This document shows positions 47,620 to 56,147 of a stretch of DNA of 64,000 nucleotides, piece by piece. This DNA comes from a virus: the IMG/VR virus record IMGVR_UViG_3300029788_000157. One strand, written 5' to 3'. The notes below the pieces were generated by a model. That model searched no databases. It was not told the origin of the DNA and worked only from the letters and a program-made list of their open reading frames with translations. Numbering within the stretch: position 1 is the stretch's first letter; every line of letters begins with the position of its first letter. A program made the position numbers and the translations under genes.

Positions 47620-48063
47620 TTAGAGTTCTTCTAACTCTTCTTTCAGCTCGTCAATACGTTCCTTGACATCTGCTATCTTTTCTTGTAAATCATCATAAGA
47701 TTCTTTGTAATCTTCATCCCAGAGTTCTTTACGTTCCCAGTCAGCGATACCAATACATTCATCATCGTATTCTGTCTGAAGGTCTGCTACTTCTTCATTA
47801 AGGTCTGATAACTCTTCTTCTGCTTCGTCAATTTCTCCCTGAATTTCACTTTCAGTTCGCAAACCTACCCAACTATAAATCTCATCAGCTTCAAACCATA
47901 ACAGGTCATTTAGTTCTGTTTCGGTCATACCATCAGGGTATGTATCTTCTAAAACTGACTCCAGCTCTTCACATTTCCCTTCACGTTTGATTCTATCTAA
48001 TGTATCAATCGCTCCACTCCATGCCTTAAAAGAGTTTAAATCTAATTCATAAGTAATAGTCAT
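47620..48063 (-). CDS. acidic coiled-coil protein
   Basis: Start at MTITYELD with SD AAAGGAAGG; the upstream part of the track ORF is HH3. Confidence 0.4.
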   Translation of the reverse strand: MTITYELDLNSFKAWSGAIDTLDRIKREGKCEELESVLEDTYPDGMTETELNDLLWFEADEIYSWVGLRTESEIQGEIDEAEEELSDLNEEVADLQTEYDDECIGIADWERKELWDEDYKESYDDLQEKIADVKERIDELKEELEEL

Positions 48064-48096
48064 AATATTTACCTTCCTTTTCCTATATTTGGGTAT

Positions 48097-48158
48097 AATC
48101 CCGACTCCCTGATATTCAGGGAGTTTCGTCTTAATTTTCAAAGACTCATCAGGGGATT
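48097..48158 (-). ncRNA. type I hammerhead ribozyme (HH3)
   Basis: RNA AAUCCC-CUGAUGA-GUCUU UGAAAAUU AAGAC-GAAAC-UCCCUGA AUA UCAGGGA-GUC|GGGAUU; all three helices are canonical. Confidence 0.75.
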
Positions 48159-48416
48159 TTATGCAACTCTTATAACTTCATCTAAATAGATTCTTAAAGA
48201 ACCTTTTCTGATAAAAGCTCTACCAGAAGTTGAGTAGTGTACCATATGTTTATGAAAACCCCACTCATTTTCGCCATTATGCCAACTGCATACATAATCA
48301 CAATCGTATTTATCATTTTCATCAGGTTCGTAAACCTGAAGTCCAAAAGTACCACTGATATATGCAGCTCCTACTGGTTTCTGATTTGCGTATCTTTTAT
48401 ACATAGCTTCCTTCAT
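48159..48416 (-). CDS. hypothetical protein
   Basis: 85-aa ORF with a structured leader. Confidence 0.4.
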   Translation of the reverse strand: MKEAMYKRYANQKPVGAAYISGTFGLQVYEPDENDKYDCDYVCSWHNGENEWGFHKHMVHYSTSGRAFIRKGSLRIYLDEVIRVA

Positions 48417-48528
48417 TTTTATTTACCTTCCTTTTTACCTTTTTATAGGGTTTTCCCTACCCCATCCCCGAAGGGATGGACGCTTGCAACCTAAAGGGCT
48501 ATTTATACACGTTGCAACGTGTTATAAT

Positions 48529-48549
48529 GTATAACCTTAATAGTTATGC
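48529..48549 (-). promoter_or_regulatory. motif A, followed by a 16-bp palindrome and two hairpins before the gene
   Basis: tgtataaccttaatagttatg. Confidence 0.4.
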
Positions 48550-48843
48550 TAAACAAGAATCATCACAAATATCTTTGTTATCAATAGCTTTTTCAATAGC
48601 TTTCTTGTTTACACTCCAGCCTAAAAACTGATATAAGAACTGATACAAGTATTTCATAGTAGTTACACTATAATCCCAGTCTCTACCCAGTGTGAGCTTC
48701 GCAGCTCCCTCTTTTGAGTTGTCAATGATTGCAATAGTGCTGTCATAAGACTGGAATACAATTCTAGTATCATCTCTGATAATAAACTGATTTGCTACTT
48801 CTCTACCACTTCTTGAGCTTGTCATGTTTTCAACTTTCATCAT
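48544..48843 (-). CDS. hypothetical protein
   Basis: Start at ATGATG after SD AAGGAAGG; motif C and motif A lie upstream. Confidence 0.4.
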   Translation of the reverse strand: MMKVENMTSSRSGREVANQFIIRDDTRIVFQSYDSTIAIIDNSKEGAAKLTLGRDWDYSVTTMKYLYQFLYQFLGWSVNKKAIEKAIDNKDICDDSCLA

Positions 48844-48886
48844 AATTTTATACCTTCCTTTTTTATAATCTCTTTTTACTTTGTAG

Positions 48887-48917
48887 CCACTCACATTTTT
48901 ACAATCGGACTTGTGAC
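48887..48917 (-). promoter_or_regulatory. motif C (spacing 19)
   Basis: ccactcacatttttacaatcggacttgtgac. Confidence 0.35.
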
Positions 48918-49013
48918 CGCCTTCGGTATGTTTAACCCTGATAAGATTTTACACGTATTGCAAATAGTATATACGCAACTTATAACCACATGGGTAGCAC
49001 TCAACTATTTTAG

Positions 49014-49035
49014 TGTATAACCTTATCAGTTAGTA
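49014..49035 (-). promoter_or_regulatory. motif A, followed by motif C and then a gene
   Basis: gtgtataaccttatcagttagt. Confidence 0.4.
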
Positions 49036-49216
49036 AAAAGATAAAAGGAAAAGGAATATTCACTTTCCTGAAGCGTTACTTTCTAAAGTGGACAAGTCAC
49101 ACCTTATACGGACTACTTCAGGCACTTATTAAGTTATCAATGTGCAGTTACAAACAACTTTTTGCTTCGCTTAATTGCTTTGCTTTGTTCTTTGTATCTT
49201 TATACTATCATATCTT

Positions 49217-49234
49217 TATGTAGTTGTCAAGTAG
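49217..49234 (-). promoter_or_regulatory. sigma-A-type promoter overlapping operator; first of two tandem leftward promoters at the hub
   Basis: tatgtagttgtcaagtag. Confidence 0.45.
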
Positions 49235-49368
49235 TTATTTTAACTTTTTTAAAAAGTTTTTTGCTGCTTTTCAACTGCTTTTTATATGATGTTTTAAAGG
49301 TACTTTACAACTCCGCTTTGTTTTCTTGCGTTGTCTTGTTTGTTTGTAGCTTTATATTATCATGCTTT

Positions 49369-49388
49369 TATGTAGTTGTCAACTACAA
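49369..49388 (-). promoter_or_regulatory. sigma-A-type promoter (TTGACA-N17-TAATAT) within the palindromic operator; second tandem leftward promoter
   Basis: tatgtagttgtcaactacaa. Confidence 0.45.
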
Positions 49389-49439
49389 ATTTATATTTTT
49401 TTCAATTTATTTTTTGGGGTTGTTTTTCTGCTTTTATTC

Positions 49440-51200
49440 TTTCCAGATTATTATATATAATTTGTTTCTGCTTTTCTTTTCTATGGGGTTTATTTAAGCT
49501 TTAAAGGGCTTTTATTGTTTTAATGTATATTATATAGGGTTATGGGGTTATATTGATTGTATAGGGCTTTAAAGGCTTTTAAAGGGGTATAAAGGTATAT
49601 AATAGGGCTTGTATAGGTGTATAAGGTTGTACAATGATATAAAAGGGATATAAAGCAGCATACAAGGGATATAAAAGGGCTTCAGGGGGTGGAGCTGGAA
49701 AGAATGAAAAGAGGAAAAGAAAAGAAAATATAATTGCTTTATTGTTTGGGTTTATGGGGTATGGTATGAGGTGGAGGGGTGGACTGTATAAGGGTATAAA
49801 GTGGAGATTATAGGGTTGTTTGTGGGTATGTTTAGGTGTATTTGTGGGGGTTGTATGGTATTATATGGGGTTATATTTATATAAAAGTGGGGGAAAGTAT
49901 GGAAAAATGGGAGTTTTTTGTGGGTTTTTAGCTGCTTTTTTGTGTGGGAGTGGGTGGAAGTCTGGAAAGTTTGGAAGGGGTGGAGGGTGTAAAGGGGTTT
50001 ATTTTATGGGGTTATGGAAGTATCTATATAAATTTTTTGAGCTGGAAAGAATAAAATAATAATCGTTATTATTTTCTGAAAACTTCTATATTTGTTATAC
50101 ATATAGTTATGAATACTATATGAAACAATATTCTATACTATGGGAGGGGGTATTTATATAAATTGAATGTGATAAAAACACAGTCTTTCACATTGAAAAA
50201 ATTAAATCCTTAAAACAAGGGGGTAGGGGGCTATTTTACAAATATTTTTTGATTTGAGCCGACCAGCAGCCGACTGTCTGATAAAACTCTTCCCAACCAA
50301 AAAATTTTTTACACTTATCTTTCATTCTAAATCATCCCAAATCATCCCAAATTACTAAAAATCATCAACATATAACCTAACATTATCTCAACACTCAATC
50401 CACTATTCTCCCTTTATCACATCAACATATATCTTTATGCACAACGGTACAATCAACGGTACAAATCCATCTCTTACTCTCTTATTTACCAAATTATCTA
50501 TCAGAAATCATCTGTTTTTCCTGAATCATATTCCAAATTACAATTCATTCCAACTTATTTACACTACAATCAATATACCAATCTAATCTCATTCTATTTC
50601 AAGCCTAACAAATACCCTCTTATCTTATCCTATCTAAAATACCTAATTTATAATACCATTTAATACTATCTCAACATTCTTAAATAGTTCCAAATATTCA
50701 AACTTAATATCCAGAATATTATTATTCCTCTTTTATTCTTCCTCTATCTCTCTTACCAGAACCGATTCAAATAGCTCAAATTAATCATATGAAACAATCC
50801 AATATCAACTACATTCTAACTACAAGTATATTTTAATCCTTCGCCAGAGAACTTTATTTAACAGAATCTTTATTAAAAAGTATTTAAAATAAAGTTCTAT
50901 TTTTGCTTCTACCGTTAATTATTTCCGTTAATTTATATTCTACCTTAATTTCAATACTTTCTAAATTTTTACCGTCTAATTCGATTTTACATAAAATAAA
51001 GTAATATGGTTTTTACCGTTATTTTCAATCATTTTCGAAGTTATTCATAGGTATCCAATAAGTATCTATTCGTAAGTATCTATTCATTCTTAACTATTCA
51101 TCAAATACTTTGATTACTTTACATAGGTTACTTCCTAAATTTGAGAAAAATCTCGTATAATAATTTTAGGCATCACTTTTAATGTCACATGGCAACAAGA
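49440..51200. other. non-coding hub with mirrored strand composition: plus strand is C-poor and G-run-rich to ~50230, then G-poor and C/A-rich; contains iteron-like short repeats. Candidate replication origin / divergent early control region.
   Basis: No credible ORF over 2.3 kb. G-runs (ggggtggagggtgtaaagggg) on the left; atcccaaatcatcccaaat, ggtacaatcaacggtacaa, gtaagtatctattc x2 and taccgtt repeats on the right. Leftward and rightward gene blocks diverge from here. Confidence 0.5.
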
Positions 51201-51281
51201 TTTTTAACCTCATCTCTCGCCAGAGAGATAACTATTCTTATTGTAATAGGTATCTTATATGTTTAGAACTGCAAAAACGTG

Positions 51282-51342
51282 ACAAGATTTGTACCAGCTT
51301 TTCATACCTTGAGAAAAAGCAGGTACAAGATTTGTACCAGCT
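51282..51342 (+). promoter_or_regulatory. two 18-bp direct repeats (iterons) ACAAGATTTGTACCAGCT, each containing the inverted repeat GTACAA..TTGTAC, upstream of the rep-like gene
   Basis: Copies at 51282..51299 and 51325..51342. Confidence 0.5.
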
Positions 51343-51401
51343 ATTGCGTTTTACCTATAATGTGATTATTTGATAGTGAAATATATTATCTTTCTTGGCG
51401 A

Positions 51402-52286
51402 TTGGAGGTGATTAACATTGCTGAAACAAAAAGTGAATACATACCTGTGCAATTAACAGGGGATGCTGGGAAGTATATTACTATCCCATCTTCTATTATC
51501 TTAAACAAGGATATGGATGTCATGCGTGTTGCAGCTTATTCATTTTTTATGTTTCGAAGAGGATTAGACAGTTGTTTATATTTTTCAATCAATGCAATGA
51601 TACATTGGTTCAACAAAAAGCCCAACAGGAATAAAGGACGTATCAATGATAAATTACTTGGGGTAATTAACGATTTAAAGGACTTGGGGTATTTAACATA
51701 TCCTGAAGATGCATTTACCAAAACAAGTAAAGGTACTGCTCCTATTTGGGAACAATTTGTAGAAGCTTCTTTTGACACAGTTAGTGCTGCACAAGAAAAC
51801 AATCATAATAGATTTGCTATTATTTATCTTGATGAGATAAAGGCTATTATGAATTATCAGGGTAATCCTAAAGATGTGTATTTGAACAGTTTTTCATTAT
51901 TGTTGGTATTTGCTTATTTGCGAATGTCGATTATGCGAAGGTCTAATCAGTATAGATTGGACGAAGATATTCTGGAAAAGCAGATACAATTTCCTGAAGC
52001 TTATAATGATTATTATAAAGATATGGCTGATGAATTGGGAGTGTCTGTACGCACATTTGGAAAAATTGTAAATTGTCTCAGAGATGAATTACATTTGATT
52101 CAGTTCGAGGAAATTGGAAGAACAAAATATATAACTGAAGATGGAAAAGTAAAATGGAAAACCAATCATACTATATTTTGTAATTCCTATAAACGAGAGC
52201 GTGATTATCTACTCACTGATTCAGAATCATATTGGATTACTGAAATAGCAAATAAAAAACAAAAAATTGGAATCAAAGGAGATTAG
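51402..52286 (+). CDS. putative replication initiator / origin-binding protein
   Basis: First gene of the rightward block, directly downstream of 18-bp iterons; track start is TTG embedded in SD GGAGGTG (true start uncertain). Confidence 0.4.
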   Translation: MEVINIAETKSEYIPVQLTGDAGKYITIPSSIILNKDMDVMRVAAYSFFMFRRGLDSCLYFSINAMIHWFNKKPNRNKGRINDKLLGVINDLKDLGYLTYPEDAFTKTSKGTAPIWEQFVEASFDTVSAAQENNHNRFAIIYLDEIKAIMNYQGNPKDVYLNSFSLLLVFAYLRMSIMRRSNQYRLDEDILEKQIQFPEAYNDYYKDMADELGVSVRTFGKIVNCLRDELHLIQFEEIGRTKYITEDGKVKWKTNHTIFCNSYKRERDYLLTDSESYWITEIANKKQKIGIKGD

Positions 52287-52289
52287 AAT

Positions 52290-52472
52290 GTGGATACTTT
52301 AGCAAATAAAATTTCTGATAGTTATTATGAATTATCAGAACGAGATTTTTACCCTCCAGAAGATAAACGCACTTTTCGTTCTGGTGTGTTGAATACTGAT
52401 GGAGATAGTTATGAAGAATTTGCACAAGACTATAATGATATGTGTGAAGAGGAAGAAATGTATGAATTATAA
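52290..52472 (+). CDS. small acidic protein
   Basis: GTG start 6 nt after SD AAAGGAGAT. Confidence 0.35.
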   Translation: MDTLANKISDSYYELSERDFYPPEDKRTFRSGVLNTDGDSYEEFAQDYNDMCEEEEMYEL

Positions 52473-52473
52473 T

Positions 52474-52493
52474 TAACTATTAAGGTTATACGC
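52474..52493 (+). promoter_or_regulatory. motif A upstream of the DxDGD-protein gene
   Basis: aactattaaggttatacgc, 20 nt before the SD/ATG. Confidence 0.45.
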
Positions 52494-52516
52494 TTGATAG
52501 TAAGAAAGGTGAAATT

Positions 52517-55366
52517 ATGTTAGATACTCAAATCAATATATATAGTGTGGATACAGGTAACTTTTATAGTAATCACGAAGCCCATCTACACTGGTTAAAT
52601 CACAAATTGCGTTCCGAAAGAAATGCTTTGGTGCAAAAATCAAAAGATATAACCAGTGAACTTTTTAAATACGGAATTGAGCAAAGTGATTTGGATACAA
52701 TGTTAAAATCTGAATATGATTATTCAGGTTGGGGCGAAGATACAGAACGTATTCAATCTCTTGGAAATGAATATGTCAATCTTAAAGAATTGATTGTCAT
52801 GAAAAACAGAAAAATCAAGTATAGCAAAGATACTCTTTTGCAACTTCTGGAAAATAAAGTCAATGCAAATATTGTTTCTGATGGAAAGCATCATATTCGT
52901 GAATTAAAGGAAAATGATGTTTCTGATAAAAAAATAATTTCTGTGTTTGATTCTTCTTTTACAAGAATGATACACGCACAACCTAATGAACTGTCAGAAG
53001 ATTTTATGGTTGTTCAGGTATATTATTTTGATATAATCAAGGATTTAATATACTACGGATTTACATATAAGGGAGAAAAGTATATTTACTTTACTTCTTC
53101 TGCTGGTCAAATTCGAACAAAGAAAACTGTATTCATTAAAGAGTCAACATGGAAAAAATATGAAAAAACAATTATGTGTGGACTAACAATAGATGTCATT
53201 AATTCAAAAGGTGGTAATAATCCTAATAAGCATTTGGCATACACTGCATTAACCAATTCTGCTACAGATGCATGGGAAGAATTTGATATTGACAAAACGA
53301 TTGTTATTGATGATTTTGAGACAAATGTGTTTGGAACATATGACTTAGTAGATGATGCAGACTATTCTATCAAGCGTGTATCAGATTATGTGCCAATTAC
53401 TCATACTGATGGAGCTGGAATGATGTTACCTCATATGGGTAAAAATAGAATGGTTCGTTTACCTTGGGTAAAAGGACTGCTTGGAAAATTTGATTATGTT
53501 CATTTTATAGAGGTTAATGGTTGCTCTCCTATCATCAAGGACATTTATGGAAAAGAACATGATATTATCGCAGAAGGCATTGAAATCATATTTACAAAAT
53601 CACAATTCAAGATGTGGAAGTATTATGATTCATGGGAGCAATACAAAGAGTATTATAAAAAATATCATTGTACTGCTGGATATACTAATCTTGAAGAGGA
53701 TAGAATAAGAAATGCAAAAATCAATTATCAAATGCTTCAGACATTAACCGATATTACTGATGAGGAGATATTGGAAATTGCAAAACCATCTATCAATAAA
53801 TTGCAAAATCTTTGTTCTTCTGTTGAGAACATTAAAGATGCATTTGGTATTACCCCTTATAATTTACATAAAAATTCGTTTCAAAAGTCTGTAGAGCTAT
53901 ATCCTGACCTATTGAATGACGAATATGTAAAAACACAACTGAGGAATACTAAAGATAGCATGATAAAACAGTATAAGTCTGGAAAATTACAGATTTATGG
54001 AAAGTATACTTTTTTACTTCCTGATTTTTATGCAGCTTGTCAATATTGGTTTCAGGGAATAAAAGACCCTGAAGGATTATTGGCTGACCAAGAAGTATTC
54101 TGTTGGTTATTTAGAAAATCAGATAAGTTGGATTGTTTACGTTCTCCTCATCTTTACAAAGAACACGCAATAAGAAAAAATATTGCATATTGTAAAAATG
54201 AACGTCAAAAACTTATAAGAGAATGGTTTGATACTGATGCCATTTATACCAGTTGCCATGACTTAATTAGTAAAATTCTTCAGTTTGATGTAGATGGAGA
54301 TAAGTCTCTTGTGGTGTCTGACAGGAAATTTATTGAAGTCGCAGAAAGAAATATGAAAGGGATTGTTCCTTTGTATTACAATATGCGAAAAGCATCCCCC
54401 ACTCTTCTAACATCTGAGAATATTTATAATGGATTGGTGGCTGCTTTTACAGGTGGAAATATTGGATTGTATAGTAATAATATTTCTAAAATTTGGAACA
54501 GTGAGGTATTTATTTCAGGAACACCAGAGGAAAAACAAGAAGCTATTGACCTTGTTAAACTACTTTGTATGGAAAATAACTTCGTCATTGATTATGCGAA
54601 AACTTTATATAAACCGCAACGTCCAAAAGATGTTCATGAAAAAATCATTGCTCACACCAAAGAGAATGTTCCTCATTTTTTCAAATATGCAAAGGATAAG
54701 GATGAAGTACAGGTTTCAAATATAAATGCAAGTTTTGTAAATAAGCTAAATAGCATTATCCCAAATCCGAGAATTAATTGTAGGTCATTAAAATTAGGAA
54801 CTATAGATTATAAGTTGCTTATGCACAATCCCGATATTGAATGTCGTGTTGATTTTACTGATAGAGGAAAATTAATAAAGGAAAAGACTGACCCCTTGAT
54901 TGTAAAATATTGTGAGTTGAGTAGCAAACATCATTTTCAAATCAATCTCAACTATAAAGAAAATCTTTCTCCTGATTTAATGAAACATTCTCAAATAGTA
55001 CAAGATTTATTATATAAAAATATTTCAAATGAAATAAAAACAGCTTTATCCGAATTTGGATATAGTGAATCAGAAATAGCTGACATACTTGTAAAATATT
55101 TATACGGAATTAAGAAAAGTAAACACAAAGTTGCATTATGGTTATGTTATGGAAATATCATTTATGAAAATATAAAAGAAAATGGATGTAAAAATAATCA
55201 TAAAAGTATTCAGTGTGTAGATTGCGGAGAATGGTTTGATGTGTTGACAAAAAATAATAATACTTGCAGATGTCCAGATTGTTATGAAGAATATAGAAAA
55301 AATCGTAAATTAGAGACTCAAAGAGCAAGAAGAAACAAAATGAAGTCGGGTCAAAAAATTTTATAA
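52517..55366 (+). CDS. large DxDGD-motif protein; candidate YonO-like single-subunit RNA polymerase (alternative: primase-polymerase)
   Basis: 949 aa; QFDVDGDK resembles the two-barrel RNAP catalytic DxDGD motif; C-terminal CVDCG...CRCPDC zinc ribbon; YopX also present elsewhere in the window. Confidence 0.4.
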   Translation: MLDTQINIYSVDTGNFYSNHEAHLHWLNHKLRSERNALVQKSKDITSELFKYGIEQSDLDTMLKSEYDYSGWGEDTERIQSLGNEYVNLKELIVMKNRKIKYSKDTLLQLLENKVNANIVSDGKHHIRELKENDVSDKKIISVFDSSFTRMIHAQPNELSEDFMVVQVYYFDIIKDLIYYGFTYKGEKYIYFTSSAGQIRTKKTVFIKESTWKKYEKTIMCGLTIDVINSKGGNNPNKHLAYTALTNSATDAWEEFDIDKTIVIDDFETNVFGTYDLVDDADYSIKRVSDYVPITHTDGAGMMLPHMGKNRMVRLPWVKGLLGKFDYVHFIEVNGCSPIIKDIYGKEHDIIAEGIEIIFTKSQFKMWKYYDSWEQYKEYYKKYHCTAGYTNLEEDRIRNAKINYQMLQTLTDITDEEILEIAKPSINKLQNLCSSVENIKDAFGITPYNLHKNSFQKSVELYPDLLNDEYVKTQLRNTKDSMIKQYKSGKLQIYGKYTFLLPDFYAACQYWFQGIKDPEGLLADQEVFCWLFRKSDKLDCLRSPHLYKEHAIRKNIAYCKNERQKLIREWFDTDAIYTSCHDLISKILQFDVDGDKSLVVSDRKFIEVAERNMKGIVPLYYNMRKASPTLLTSENIYNGLVAAFTGGNIGLYSNNISKIWNSEVFISGTPEEKQEAIDLVKLLCMENNFVIDYAKTLYKPQRPKDVHEKIIAHTKENVPHFFKYAKDKDEVQVSNINASFVNKLNSIIPNPRINCRSLKLGTIDYKLLMHNPDIECRVDFTDRGKLIKEKTDPLIVKYCELSSKHHFQINLNYKENLSPDLMKHSQIVQDLLYKNISNEIKTALSEFGYSESEIADILVKYLYGIKKSKHKVALWLCYGNIIYENIKENGCKNNHKSIQCVDCGEWFDVLTKNNNTCRCPDCYEEYRKNRKLETQRARRNKMKSGQKIL

Positions 55367-55372
55367 AAGTCT

Positions 55373-55390
55373 TACAATTAAGGTTATATG
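55373..55390 (+). promoter_or_regulatory. motif A directly followed by an intrinsic terminator
   Basis: acaattaaggttatatgc. Confidence 0.35.
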
Positions 55391-55407
55391 CCAAAATTGA
55401 GAATTTT

Positions 55408-55441
55408 TAAAAGCCCTTAAAACAAGGGCTTTTAAATTTTT
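55408..55441 (+). terminator. intrinsic terminator AAAAGCCCTT-AAAAC-AAGGGCTTTT + T-run
   Basis: Hairpin followed by TTAAATTTTTT, after the DxDGD-protein gene. Confidence 0.6.
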
Positions 55442-55527
55442 TGAAATGTTCATTAGGGGGAAAACAAGCTAATTTGTGTAGTTTTAAAAAATTCCCATGA
55501 AATTTAAGTAAGAAGGAGGTTATACCA

Positions 55528-55842
55528 ATGGGTACAGTTAATAAAGAAAAGTTCACAAAAGAACGTCTTATTAAGCGTATTGCGGATGCAGAGCATAAAG
55601 ATATTGCTCTTGTACGTTCTATATATAACTCTTTAGAAGATACTGTAGTTGAAGCACTTGCTTATGCTACACCTGAGACAGATGTTTCAGTAAAATTATT
55701 TGAAGGAATTACTCTTGAAAGTTCTCATGTTCCTGAGAAGGTTAAGAAAAATAACCTTACTGGAAAGAACATTACTGTTGCGGAACATATTAAAGTAAAA
55801 GCTAATATTACACGCAATTATCAGGAAAAGATTAATTCTTAA
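55528..55842 (+). CDS. hup: HU/IHF-family DNA-binding protein
   Basis: 104 aa with the HU-fold pattern (N-terminal helices, beta-arm with conserved R/K/G). Confidence 0.6.
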   Translation: MGTVNKEKFTKERLIKRIADAEHKDIALVRSIYNSLEDTVVEALAYATPETDVSVKLFEGITLESSHVPEKVKKNNLTGKNITVAEHIKVKANITRNYQEKINS

Positions 55843-55953
55843 TTTGTTATAAGCAGTTAAACTGTTTATATAAAACCACCTGTTGATTCTTGTGGTTACT
55901 TCTTACATTCATATTTAACCTTTCTTAATGAGGGTGTACATACACCCGACTTT

Positions 55954-56026
55954 GGCTCTATGGTATAAAGGCAATTATATCCGACTGTCTCTCGGAAGAT
56001 TTGGGTTCGATTCCCAATAGAGTCGC
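55954..56026 (+). tRNA. tRNA-Asp (GTC)
   Basis: Hand-folded: acceptor GGCTCTA/TAGAGTC, anticodon loop CTGTCTC. Confidence 0.55.
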
Positions 56027-56084
56027 TTATTGGAATGTAGTTCAACAAAAGTTGGATGATTTCGTTCCAATTATTCCCTTATAG

Positions 56085-56147
56085 CTCAGTTGGTAGAGCG
56101 TCTGGCTGTTAACCAGAATGTCACAGGTTCAAGTCCTGTTGGGGGAG
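56085..56147 (+). tRNA. tRNA-Asn (GTT)
   Basis: D-arm AGCTCAGTTGGTAGAGC, anticodon loop CTGTTAA, T-loop TTCAAGT. Confidence 0.55.

Noticed and set aside
49162-50059. Plus-strand ORFs 49162..49497 and 49820..50059
   Set aside because: Both lie in the compositionally skewed, repeat-rich non-coding hub. They are low-complexity (poly-F/L or G/W/K) with no SD and are implausible as proteins.
52517-55366. Calling the 949-aa protein a DnaG-type primase to complement the DnaB-like helicase
   Set aside because: No TOPRIM or DnaG zinc-binding motifs. The DxDGD motif points instead to a two-barrel RNAP or, less likely, an AEP primase.
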